Assembly: GCA_016869145.1 (NCBI GenBank)
Contig: VGEU01000003.1
Location: 664-64,663, forward strand
From: Alphaproteobacteria bacterium
GTDB taxonomy: Bacteria; Pseudomonadota; Alphaproteobacteria; MPNO01; VGEU01
DNA: 64,000 bases
Direction: 5' to 3'
Shown here: positions 54,352 through 63,118 of the stretch, in pieces
Position numbering within the stretch: the stretch's first letter is position 1
Layout: every line of letters starts with the position of its first letter
Program-made: the position numbers and the translations under genes
Notes under the pieces: model-generated
The model's input: only the letters and a program-made list of their open reading frames with translations
What the model was told of the DNA's origin: nothing
The model's database searches: none

Positions 54352-55524
54352 ATGCGAACGCAGGTGGGAATTGTCGGGGCCGGGCCGGCCGGGCTCTTGC
54401 TCGGCAGAATGCTGCAGAACCTCGGCATCGACGCGGTGGTGTTGGAGAGCAGGTCCCGCGATTACGTCTTGGCGCGGATCAGGGCGGGCGTGCTCGAGCA
54501 GGGTACGGTCGACACGCTGATCGCGCAGGGCATCGGCGATCGGTTGCGGCGTCAGGGTATGGTGCACGAGAACATGCAGATCCGTTGGGCGGGTCGGCGG
54601 AACGATTTCACTGTCGAGGACGAGAAGGGACGGCGTCTGACGACCTATGGTCAGGCCGAAATCGTCAAGGACCTGATCGAACGGCGTGAGGCGGACAATT
54701 TGCCCCTCTTGTTCTCTGCGCCCGCGCAGCGAATCGAGAATGTCGAGACGCGGCCGCGTATCCATTTCACGCACGAGGGGGCTGAGAGGACGCTCGATTG
54801 CGATTTCGTGGCAGGCTGCGACGGATTTCATGGCGTCTGCCGGAAGCACATTCCGAACGCCGACGATCGCACCTTTCTCAAGACCTATCCCTATGGCTGG
54901 CTCGGCATTCTGGCCGAGGCCGCACCGCACGCCGAGATCCGCGGGTTCGCTCACAGTACGCGGGGATTTGCCGTCGCCTCGGCCCGGTCGCCGAAGATCG
55001 GTCGGCTCTACCTCCAGGTCGATCGAAACGAGGACATCGAACGGTGGAGCGACGAGGCGATCTGGGACGAGCTCGACCGACGCTTCGAGGATGGGTCCGG
55101 CCACCGCCTCAATCGTGGTCGGATCCTGAAAAAGGATCTCGCGCCGCTGCGTGCCTTCGTGTGCGAGGCCATGCAGCATGGCCGGATCTTCCTCGCCGGT
55201 GACGCCGCACATATCGTGCCGCCCTCCGGCGCGAAGGGGCTTAATTCGGCAGTCGGCGACGTCAGGGTTCTGGCGGAGGGCTTGCGCCGGCATTTCGCGG
55301 GGACGGGTTCCGATCTGCTCGATCACTATGCCGAGATCTGCCTGAGGCGGATCTGGGCGACCGTGCATTGGTCGTGTCTCCTGACCGATACACTCCACAT
55401 CGCGCCCAACCAGACAGGCTTCGACCTTCAGATGCAGTATGCGACACTGAACCACTGGGCGAAGACAGAGTTGGGGCGTCAGCACTTCTGCAATGCAATG
55501 CTTGGGTTGCCCTATGAGGTCTGA
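54352..55524 (+). CDS. pobA: 4-hydroxybenzoate 3-monooxygenase homologue with altered active site
   Basis: GAGPAG, RIRAGVLEQ, GCDGFHG, YPYGWLG, GDAAHIVPPSGAKGLN, GLPY. Confidence 0.88.
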   Translation: MRTQVGIVGAGPAGLLLGRMLQNLGIDAVVLESRSRDYVLARIRAGVLEQGTVDTLIAQGIGDRLRRQGMVHENMQIRWAGRRNDFTVEDEKGRRLTTYGQAEIVKDLIERREADNLPLLFSAPAQRIENVETRPRIHFTHEGAERTLDCDFVAGCDGFHGVCRKHIPNADDRTFLKTYPYGWLGILAEAAPHAEIRGFAHSTRGFAVASARSPKIGRLYLQVDRNEDIERWSDEAIWDELDRRFEDGSGHRLNRGRILKKDLAPLRAFVCEAMQHGRIFLAGDAAHIVPPSGAKGLNSAVGDVRVLAEGLRRHFAGTGSDLLDHYAEICLRRIWATVHWSCLLTDTLHIAPNQTGFDLQMQYATLNHWAKTELGRQHFCNAMLGLPYEV

Positions 55525-55621
55525 GGATCGGATGATCGCCACCCGGGCAACTCGCGCCAGCCCTCGTCTCCGAAGCCTGCGTGACCATGGCGATTGAGCA
55601 ACCCGAATTGGATCGATGAGA

Positions 55622-56572
55622 ATGGGCAAGATCGACATTTCGAATGCGACGCGCCCGACGCGGGCGCGGATCGGCGGCAGCGACAGAGATCGTGCAGCGC
55701 GCTTCAGCAAGCGCATGCCGCCTGCCGCCAAGCGCAGCGTGTTCCTCCGCAACAATGTCCTGCTGCCCATCAGGACGCCGCCGGTCAATCCGGAGCGCAC
55801 TGAAATTCCCGACCCGCCGCAGGCCACCGAAGTGATCAAGCAACTGGTCCGCGACATGGGCGTCGATGACGTCGGCATCGCCGAGATCGATCGCCGCCTG
55901 CTCTTCACGCAGGCGGGCGAGCTTCAGCACACGAGGGCCATCGTCTACGGAATCGCGATGTCGTTCGACACCATGGCCGATATCGGTCCACGCTCGCAGG
56001 ACGAGGTTCATCGCGTCTATCGCAAGCTCGACGAGACCGGCGTCCGCCTCGCCCAGCATATCGCCGCCTACGGCTACAATGCCTCGATGCAGCCGAACGA
56101 GGGCGATGTGCCGCTGGTCGCCATGGCGCAAATGGCAGGCCTCGGCGAACTGGGCAAGCACGGCTCGCTGATCTCGCCGAAGATGGGTGCATCATTCCGG
56201 CTCGGCGCGGTGACGACCGACATGCCGCTCCTCGCCGACGGACCGAAGGACTTCGGCTTCGATGAGGTGTGCACGAAATGCGGCGTATGCACCCGGTTCT
56301 GCCCGGGCGATGCGATCAACCCGGATAAGCAGGTCGTCAATGGGATCGAGCGGTGGCACGTCGACACGCCCGCCTGCGAGCCCTATTTCCACAAGCTCTA
56401 TGGCTGCAAGATCTGCCTGATGGTGTGCCCGCTCAATAGCCGTGGCATGTTCGGCCAAGAATTCAGGGCGGCGTCGAAGGTGCTCGTCCAGACCAAGGAC
56501 GCCAAAGGAATGTTGCAGCTCATCGAGGCGCGCACCGACATGAACTACGAGGACTTCAGCGATCTCGAGTGA
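55622..56572 (+). CDS. Small reductive dehalogenase-like cobalamin/2x[4Fe-4S] protein
   Basis: GVDDVGI, AGLGELGKHG.LISP..G...RL..VTTDMPL..D.PKDFG, CTKCGVCTRFCP, C-x9-CKICLMVCP; no Tat signal. Confidence 0.8.
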   Translation: MGKIDISNATRPTRARIGGSDRDRAARFSKRMPPAAKRSVFLRNNVLLPIRTPPVNPERTEIPDPPQATEVIKQLVRDMGVDDVGIAEIDRRLLFTQAGELQHTRAIVYGIAMSFDTMADIGPRSQDEVHRVYRKLDETGVRLAQHIAAYGYNASMQPNEGDVPLVAMAQMAGLGELGKHGSLISPKMGASFRLGAVTTDMPLLADGPKDFGFDEVCTKCGVCTRFCPGDAINPDKQVVNGIERWHVDTPACEPYFHKLYGCKICLMVCPLNSRGMFGQEFRAASKVLVQTKDAKGMLQLIEARTDMNYEDFSDLE

Positions 56573-56622
56573 ACGACCCTCACTTGATCGGAGCGCCCGG
56601 CGACCGGAAGTGATCGGCCCTG

Positions 56623-56834
56623 ACAAAGGGAGAACTGGCGCACCCGGTGCAGCGCCAGGCCGTGGCGCCGCGGGATGCGCTGCACCGACGAGACGCTCAT
56701 CCCGCTCACTGGCTGTGGCCATTGCTTGAGCGGTCCCGTGGGTCGCCTTGCCGGGCGGATCGCTCGCCGTCAACACGACCACCCGCGCGATCACCGCCTG
56801 GTCCAGCGGCGGCTTGCGCGACGACGCGCGTCTC
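56623..56834 (-). mobile_element. IS630-family transposase remnant
   Basis: SSRKPPLDQAVIARVVVLTASDPPGKATHGTAQAMA / SGMSVSSVQRIPRRHGLALHRVRQF matches the IS630 HTH region; frameshifted, conserved Trps lost. Confidence 0.78.
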
Positions 56835-56843
56835 GCCGCTGAC

Positions 56844-57635
56844 CTAGCGCGCGAGGAACGCCTCGACCGCCTCGGCGACCGCCTGCGGCTGGTCGAAGTC
56901 CGCCATGTGGCCGGCGCCCGCGATCAGCGTGATCTTCACCTCGCCCGCGATCGCCTCGGCGAAGCGCGTGGCGTAGGCGCGCGACATCACGCGGTCGTCG
57001 TCGCCCCAGATGATCAGGGTCGGGCAGGTGATCCGCGGCAGGCGGCGGCGTACCCGCGTATCGCCGAGCGGCCACAGATAGCGCGCGGCGGCGTTGCGCG
57101 TGCGCTGCTGGGCGATGTCCCACTCGACGACCTCGTTCGCGTCGTTGCTGTCGGCGCGGACATAGGCCTCGACCTCGGCCGGACGGTTGGACACCAGCGG
57201 CGCGTAGGCGCCCGGCCGCTGCGCGAACACGTCCGAGATCGGGTCGCTCGGCTCGAACAGCCCGAGCGGGCCGATCAGCACGAGGCGGCGCACCGAGCGC
57301 GGCCACAGCGCCGCGACCTCGGCGGCGAGCGCGCCGCCCGCCGATGCGCCGATCAGATCGGCGCCGTCGAGCCCGGCGCCGAACCACGCGTCGCCGCTCG
57401 CGAGCGCCCAGTCGAGATGGCTGTCGAGATCCTCCCAATCGGCCCCGCCCGGCGTGCCGGGGAGCGAGGGGGCGACGACGCGCCGGGTGCGCGCGAGCGC
57501 ATCGAGGAACGGCAGCCAACGCGGCAGTCCGAGGAGGCCCGCGAAATAGCCGACCCGCGGACCCGACCCCTTCTCCCAGACACGGAAACGACCGCCGCCC
57601 GGCGCCGTGCCCCGACGCTCGTCCGGCGCGCTCAT
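56844..57635 (-). CDS. Alpha/beta fold hydrolase
   Basis: GASAGG nucleophile elbow, IWGDDD, GAGH. Confidence 0.88.
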   Translation of the reverse strand: MSAPDERRGTAPGGGRFRVWEKGSGPRVGYFAGLLGLPRWLPFLDALARTRRVVAPSLPGTPGGADWEDLDSHLDWALASGDAWFGAGLDGADLIGASAGGALAAEVAALWPRSVRRLVLIGPLGLFEPSDPISDVFAQRPGAYAPLVSNRPAEVEAYVRADSNDANEVVEWDIAQQRTRNAAARYLWPLGDTRVRRRLPRITCPTLIIWGDDDRVMSRAYATRFAEAIAGEVKITLIAGAGHMADFDQPQAVAEAVEAFLAR

Positions 57636-58879
57636 GCCGGGATCGCCATCGGTGCCACGCGCTCGGCCGCGGTCATCGGCTTCGGCCACCAATGGTCTTC
57701 CCACTTGTCGTCGAACAGGCCGTGGATCTGCGGCATGACTTTCTCGGCGAAGAGCCGCGTGTTGTAGTTGGTGACCTCCTTCGACATGTTGCCGAACTGC
57801 AGCAGCAGCATCAGGTGGCCGACATTGAGATTGACCGCCACCTCGCGGAGCTGATCGGCGACCTCGTCGGGGCTGCCGATGATGACGTGTCCCTTCTCGA
57901 GGATGTTGTCCATCTCGGCATTGGCCGGGCGCGCGAGCGTCGCTTGAGCGGCCGCCTTCACGATCTGCGAATCGAGCCTCGCCCGCACCGTCGCCTCGCT
58001 GGTGTAGCCGGGCGGCTGGGTGAACTTGGGGTCGAGATGGAGGCAGCGGTTGTAGAAATAGTTGGCCGGTTCCGCATAGAGCTTCACGGCCTCCGCGCGC
58101 GTCTCGGCGACGCCGACCGCCTGCAGGAAGCCGGCATGATAGGGATTGGGCTCGACCCCCATTGCCTTCATCTCGTCCCAGAACCCCTTCATGACCTGGA
58201 TTCCGGACTTGTAGCCCCAGTACGACAGATAGGCGTAAACGAAGTCGTTCTCGGCGCACATGCGCCAGGTCTCGACCGAGCCCGAGCCCGGCACCCAGAC
58301 CGGCGGGCGCGGCTTCTGGATCGGACGCGGCCAGATGTTGACGTAGCGGTACTGGTTGAAGCGGCCGTTATAGGCGAAGGGCTTCGGCTCCTCCCACGCG
58401 CGCTTGATCAGATCGATCGCCTCGTAATAGCGCGGGCGCAACAGCGACGGGTTCTGGCTGTAGGCGTAGCAGGTGTCCATCGGCGTGCCGACCGGAAAGC
58501 CCGCGATCATCCGCCCGCCGGAGATGACGTCGATCATCGCGAACTCCTCGGCGACCCGGATCGGCGGGTTGTAGAGCGCGAGCGAGTTGCCCATGACGCA
58601 GAGCATCGTGTCCTTGGTGCGCCGCGCGAGCGAGGAGGCGATCAGGTTGGGCGACGGCATCAGCCCGTAGCCGTTGGAGTGGTGCTCGTTGACGCAGATG
58701 GCGTCGAAGCCCTGCGCGCCCGCGTATTCGAGCTCGTCCATGAAGTCGTTGTACATGACGTGCGCGCGCGCCGGGTCGAACAGGCTCGAGTCGACCTCAA
58801 CCCAGACGCCGGGGTGCTTCTCCTTGAAATCCTCAGGAAGCTCCGTATAGGGCATCAGGTGGAACCAGCAGATCTTCAT
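57632..58879 (-). CDS. LLM-class flavin-dependent monooxygenase
   Basis: FHLMPY, VNEHH, PIRVAEEFAMIDVISGGR, PRPIQKPRPP. Confidence 0.92.
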   Translation of the reverse strand: MKICWFHLMPYTELPEDFKEKHPGVWVEVDSSLFDPARAHVMYNDFMDELEYAGAQGFDAICVNEHHSNGYGLMPSPNLIASSLARRTKDTMLCVMGNSLALYNPPIRVAEEFAMIDVISGGRMIAGFPVGTPMDTCYAYSQNPSLLRPRYYEAIDLIKRAWEEPKPFAYNGRFNQYRYVNIWPRPIQKPRPPVWVPGSGSVETWRMCAENDFVYAYLSYWGYKSGIQVMKGFWDEMKAMGVEPNPYHAGFLQAVGVAETRAEAVKLYAEPANYFYNRCLHLDPKFTQPPGYTSEATVRARLDSQIVKAAAQATLARPANAEMDNILEKGHVIIGSPDEVADQLREVAVNLNVGHLMLLLQFGNMSKEVTNYNTRLFAEKVMPQIHGLFDDKWEDHWWPKPMTAAERVAPMAIPA

Positions 58880-59033
58880 GGCGAGCCTCGTGCGATTGTC
58901 CGACGGTATGACGGGTCGGGCTACTGTGACGGATGGCCGGGGCGGGCGCAACAGACCGACCGTGGCTTTGTTGCGGATCGTCGAGGCGCGTTGTACCGAT
59001 AGGGCTTCGCAGACGGCGATCGGGGTGCCGGCC

Positions 59034-60416
59034 ATGGACGACCACGGACCGCCCAACTCCCTGTCGCGCCGGGACGCGGCGCGCGTGTTCCACCCCTATG
59101 CGGCGGCGGCGCGCGTCGATCTCGACGGGCCGATGGTGATCGCGCGCGGGGAGGGCATCTATATCTACGACGAGGACGGCAAGGACTATATCGAATCGCT
59201 CGCGGTCCTCGGCGCGGTCTCGCTCGGCTTCGGCAACAAGCGCCTCGCCGCCGCGGCCGCGCGCCAGATCGAGACGCTCTCCTTCTATCACACGTTCCAG
59301 ACCAAGACGAACCCGCCCGTCGTCGCGCTCGCCGAGCGCCTCCTCGCGATCGCGCCGCCGCCAATGGCCAAGGTGTTCTTCACGAGCTCGGGCTCGGAGG
59401 CGAACGACACCGCGATCAAGCTGATCTGGTTCTACAACAACGCGCTCGGGCGCCCGGCGAAGAAGAAGATCCTGTCGCGCCACGGCGCCTATCACGGCGT
59501 CACGATCGCGACCGCGAGCCTCAACGGGCTTCCCGCCAACCATCGTGGGTTCGACCTGCCGCTCCCCGGCTTTCTCCACGCCGACTGCCCGCATCATTAC
59601 CGGCTCGGACGGGAAAGCGAGAGCGAGGCCGCGTTCGCCGCGCGCATGGCCGACGAGCTCGAGCAGCTCATCCTCCGCGAAGGGCCGGAGACGATCGCCG
59701 CGATGTTCTTCGAGCCGGTGATGGGCGCCGGCGGCATGATCTTCCCGCCTGCCGACTACTGCCGTCGGGTCGAGGCGATCTTGCGCCAATACGACATCCT
59801 TCTCGTCGACGACGAGGTCATCTGCGGCTTCGGCCGCACCGGGCGGATGTGGGGCGCGGAAACCTACGGCCTCCGGCCCGACATCGTGACCATCGGCAAG
59901 GCGCTGTCGTCCGGCTATATGCCGATCGCGGGGCTGATGGTATCGGATGCCCTCCACGACGTCGTCCGCCGCCACGTCGAGACGCTCGGCGTGTGGGGCC
60001 ACGGCTACACCTATTCCGGACACCCGGTCGCCGCGGCGGTCGCGAACGAGACGCTCGCGATCTACGCCGAGACCGACATCCTCGCGCATGTGCGGCGGAT
60101 CGCGCCGGTCCTCCAGGCCGGGATCGCGCGCTTCGCCGATCACCCGCATATCGCCGATGTGGGCGGTGTCGGGTTGATGGCGTCCTTCGAGCTCGTGTCC
60201 GACAAGCGCACGCGCAAGCCCTTCGACGCCGGCCTCGCCGTCGGCCCGCATCTCCGCGCCAACGCGCTCCGCCACGGCCTCATCGTGCGCGCGATCGGCG
60301 ACCGGATCGGCTTCACGCCGCCGCTCGTGATCGACGAGGCGGGCATCGCGGAGATGTTCCGCCGCTTCGCGCGCGCGCTCGCCGACACGACCGACTGGCT
60401 CTCGCAGTCGCGCTGA
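59034..60416 (+). CDS. Class III PLP aminotransferase (omega-amine transaminase-like)
   Basis: SGSEAND, AYHG, EPVMGAGG, DEVICGFGRTG, GKALSSG, HGYTYSGHP. Confidence 0.95.
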   Translation: MDDHGPPNSLSRRDAARVFHPYAAAARVDLDGPMVIARGEGIYIYDEDGKDYIESLAVLGAVSLGFGNKRLAAAAARQIETLSFYHTFQTKTNPPVVALAERLLAIAPPPMAKVFFTSSGSEANDTAIKLIWFYNNALGRPAKKKILSRHGAYHGVTIATASLNGLPANHRGFDLPLPGFLHADCPHHYRLGRESESEAAFAARMADELEQLILREGPETIAAMFFEPVMGAGGMIFPPADYCRRVEAILRQYDILLVDDEVICGFGRTGRMWGAETYGLRPDIVTIGKALSSGYMPIAGLMVSDALHDVVRRHVETLGVWGHGYTYSGHPVAAAVANETLAIYAETDILAHVRRIAPVLQAGIARFADHPHIADVGGVGLMASFELVSDKRTRKPFDAGLAVGPHLRANALRHGLIVRAIGDRIGFTPPLVIDEAGIAEMFRRFARALADTTDWLSQSR

Positions 60417-60692
60417 CGCGACCGTCCGAACCGAACGCGTATCGCCGTTGCCCTGATTGGCGTCGCGCTCGCGGTTGATCCGGTGATGGATCGCCGCGCC
60501 CGAGACATGGATCGGGCCGGCCTGGAAGCGCCGCGACCATCCGCCGCGTCCCGCCGTCCTTGTCGGCGAGACGGGCGCGATCCCGTTCGCAATCCCTGGT
60601 CAGCCCCGTCCTCGGCTCGCTAAGATCGAAACAGCGCGACAGGGTTCGCGACGGGGATGCGCCCCGTCCGGCGTCCTCGACGGGAAGGATCG

Positions 60693-60872
60693 ATGAGCGG
60701 CAAGGAGATCAGATGGTCGGCCGGCGCGGGCGGCCCCGGTGCCCGCTCGGTGGTCGACGTGGTGGCAGAGGGGCTCCGTGCCGGCGTGAAGGTCTACGAG
60801 ATCATGCGCGACGACGACCGGCTCTTCGCGCGCGCCGTCGACGGACGGCCGAGAAAGACGGAGGATTCGTGA
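60693..60872 (+). CDS. 59-aa hypothetical protein coupled to the Rieske oxygenase
   Basis: RBS GGAAGGA, host-like codon use, TGA overlaps next ATG (TGATG). Confidence 0.5.
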   Translation: MSGKEIRWSAGAGGPGARSVVDVVAEGLRAGVKVYEIMRDDDRLFARAVDGRPRKTEDS

Positions 60873-62059
60873 TGGCAACGACGGCATCGACGACCGGCAA
60901 CGCCGACCGCCGGCTCTACGCGCCCTATCTGGAGGCGACGTGGGGGATCAAGAACCACTGGTATCCGGCGCTGTTCAGCCACGAGCTCGCCGAGGACGGC
61001 GTCAAGGGGGTGGAGATCGCGGGCGTCCCGATCCTTCTTCGCCGCGCCAAGGGCAGGACCTATGCGCTGCTCGACCGCTGCGTCCACCGCGGCGTCAAGC
61101 TCTCGCTCAAGCCGACCTGCTTCACCGACGACACGGTGTCGTGCTGGTATCACGGCTTCACCTTCGACGTCGTGAATGGCGCGCTGGTGTCGATCGTCGC
61201 CTCGCCGGACGATCCGCTGATCGGCAAGGTCAGGCTCCGCACCTTCCCGGTCGAGGAGCACAAGGGGATCATCTTCGTCTTCGTCGGCGACGAGGGCTAT
61301 GAGCCGGTGCCGCCGCTCGCGGACGATCTGCCGTGGCTACCGCCCTGCGACTACGACTATCGCGCCGCCCATCCGCTCGACGACGAAACGGTCATGCTCG
61401 GCATCCGCCGCGTCGGCAAGGCGAACTGGCGGCTCGCGGTCGAGAACGGATTCGATCCCGGCCACGTCCTGATCCATCGCGACAACATCCTGATCCTCGC
61501 CTCCGGCCGCTCGATGGCGCTCGGCTACCGGCCGCTCAACGACGAGGCGATCAAGGCGTTCGAGGACGACGGGCCGAAGGGTCTGATGAACATGTATGGC
61601 ACCGGCAATTACGAGCCGGTGGTCAACAATGACCGCCTCAACATCAAGAGCGCGGCGCGGCGCGAGTTCAACTTCACGGGCGTCCGCACCTCGATGTTCC
61701 TGCCCGGCGTGCTGATGGTCGAGAACTTCCCCGAAAAGACCTACGCCCAGTACGAATGGTACGTGCCGATCGACGACAAGACGCATGTGTACTGGCAGGT
61801 CATCGCCGGCTGGTGCCCGACGCCCGAGGATCGGAAGAACTTCGAGTTCCGGTTCAAACACTATTTCGAGCCGGTGGCGCTCCGCGACTTCAACGATCAC
61901 GATCTCCACGCGCGCGAGGCGATGCAGGATTTCTATGCCAATGGCGGCTGGCAAGAGGAGGCGCTCTGCTCGATGGACGCGGTGATCGTGAGCTGGCGCA
62001 AGATGGTCGCCCGGCACAATCGCGGTATCCAGGAACCTCCGACGCGTCGCGGCCGCTGA
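60872..62059 (+). CDS. Rieske oxygenase, 2-oxoquinoline 8-monooxygenase (OxoO)/CarAa-like
   Basis: NHWYPALF.HEL, CVHRGV.LS.KPTCFT..T.SCWYHG, ENGFDPGH..IH.DN, LPGVLMVEN.PE, QYEWYVPI, FND.DL.AREAMQ.FY resemble P. putida 86 OxoO as recalled. Confidence 0.88.
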   Translation: MATTASTTGNADRRLYAPYLEATWGIKNHWYPALFSHELAEDGVKGVEIAGVPILLRRAKGRTYALLDRCVHRGVKLSLKPTCFTDDTVSCWYHGFTFDVVNGALVSIVASPDDPLIGKVRLRTFPVEEHKGIIFVFVGDEGYEPVPPLADDLPWLPPCDYDYRAAHPLDDETVMLGIRRVGKANWRLAVENGFDPGHVLIHRDNILILASGRSMALGYRPLNDEAIKAFEDDGPKGLMNMYGTGNYEPVVNNDRLNIKSAARREFNFTGVRTSMFLPGVLMVENFPEKTYAQYEWYVPIDDKTHVYWQVIAGWCPTPEDRKNFEFRFKHYFEPVALRDFNDHDLHAREAMQDFYANGGWQEEALCSMDAVIVSWRKMVARHNRGIQEPPTRRGR

Positions 62060-62083
62060 GGGATCGTGGACGCGTCCGCCGTC

Positions 62084-63097
62084 ATGTCGACCGTCCGGCT
62101 CTGCTTCCGCGACGGCGTCGAGCGCGCGATCGAGGCGGCGCAGGGCGAGAGCGTGCTCGCGGCCGCGCTCCGCGCCGGCGTGCCGCTCGTCCACCAGTGC
62201 GAATCGGGAAGCTGCGGCACGTGCATGGCCCGCCTCGTCGCGGGCGAGGCTTCGCTGCTCCCGGGGCGTGCGCTCTCGCTTCTCGCCGGCGAGATCCGCG
62301 ACGGCTGGCGCCTCACCTGCTCGGTCGCCGCCGCCGGTGACTGCGCCTTTGCGCTCGACTATGCCTCGACCGTGCTCGACGGCCCGCAGCCGGCCGTGCT
62401 CGCCGCGACAGTGACCGCGCTCGACTGGGTCGCAAAGACTGTGGCGCGGCTCGAGATTGCGATCGAGACGGCGGACTTCACGTTCGAGAGCGGCCAGTAT
62501 GTCCGCATCCGCGTGCCCGGCACCGACGCCTGGCGTTCCTACTCGATGGCGACGACGGCGAAGGAATTGCCGCGGATGCAGTTTCTCATCCGCCGCCTCG
62601 ACGGCGGCGCGATGTCGGCCTGGCTCCGCGATGCCTGCGCGCCTGGCGCTTTGGTCGAGATCGAAGGTCCTCTGGGTTCGTTCGGCCTCACCGCGTCGAA
62701 GGGGCCCCGCCTCATGATCGCAGGCGGAACCGGGCTCGCGCCGATGCTCGCCATGCTCGATACGCTCCGTCAGCGCCCCGGGCCGCGGCTTCCGGTTCTC
62801 CTCTGCTTCGGCTGCACCGGCGAGGACGATCTCTTCTACGTGGATGAGCTCGAGCTTCGTCGCTTCTGGATGCCGAACCTCAAGACCCGTGTGGCCCTGA
62901 TGCATCGGCCCGCCGGTGTGTTCGACGGCGCGATCGGCACCGCGGTATCGCTGATCGAGGACGCCGATCTCCGCGCCCCCGGGCTCGACGCTTTTCTGTG
63001 CGGACCGCCGCCGATGATCGAGGCGGCGCGCGGGCGATTGATTGCGGGCGGTGTGCCCGAGACGGCGATCCACGCCGAGCACTTCCGCCCGACCTGA
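62084..63097 (+). CDS. 2Fe-2S/FAD/NAD reductase component (OxoR-like)
   Basis: CESGSCGTC...C, RSYS, GAMS, AGGTGLAP, CGPPPM, EHF; start 62084 or GTG 62066. Confidence 0.92.
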   Translation: MSTVRLCFRDGVERAIEAAQGESVLAAALRAGVPLVHQCESGSCGTCMARLVAGEASLLPGRALSLLAGEIRDGWRLTCSVAAAGDCAFALDYASTVLDGPQPAVLAATVTALDWVAKTVARLEIAIETADFTFESGQYVRIRVPGTDAWRSYSMATTAKELPRMQFLIRRLDGGAMSAWLRDACAPGALVEIEGPLGSFGLTASKGPRLMIAGGTGLAPMLAMLDTLRQRPGPRLPVLLCFGCTGEDDLFYVDELELRRFWMPNLKTRVALMHRPAGVFDGAIGTAVSLIEDADLRAPGLDAFLCGPPPMIEAARGRLIAGGVPETAIHAEHFRPT

Positions 63098-63118
63098 ATC
63101 TTACCGGAAGGATCGACC

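Larger units (their letters stand above)
47547..56834. mobile_element. Putative horizontally acquired catabolic island (no integrase)
   Basis: Starts at tRNA-Met 3' end, ends at IS630 remnant; visibly more A/T at third codon positions than flanks (not computed). Confidence 0.6.

Noticed and set aside
55622-56572. Epoxyqueuosine reductase QueG
   Set aside because: Lacks QueG-type RYAxGxDYH and GSWFFLGE motifs, has the RdhA-type VTTDMPL..D.P.DFG block, and sits in a catabolic context
47547-56850. Active integrative element with attL/attR
   Set aside because: No integrase and no repeat of the tRNA-Met 3' end found by eye
60458-60472. Sigma54 promoter (TGGCGT-N5-TCGC) upstream of the Rieske operon
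   Set aside because: Mismatches in both boxes and GC-rich, so likely chance; no activator gene nearby
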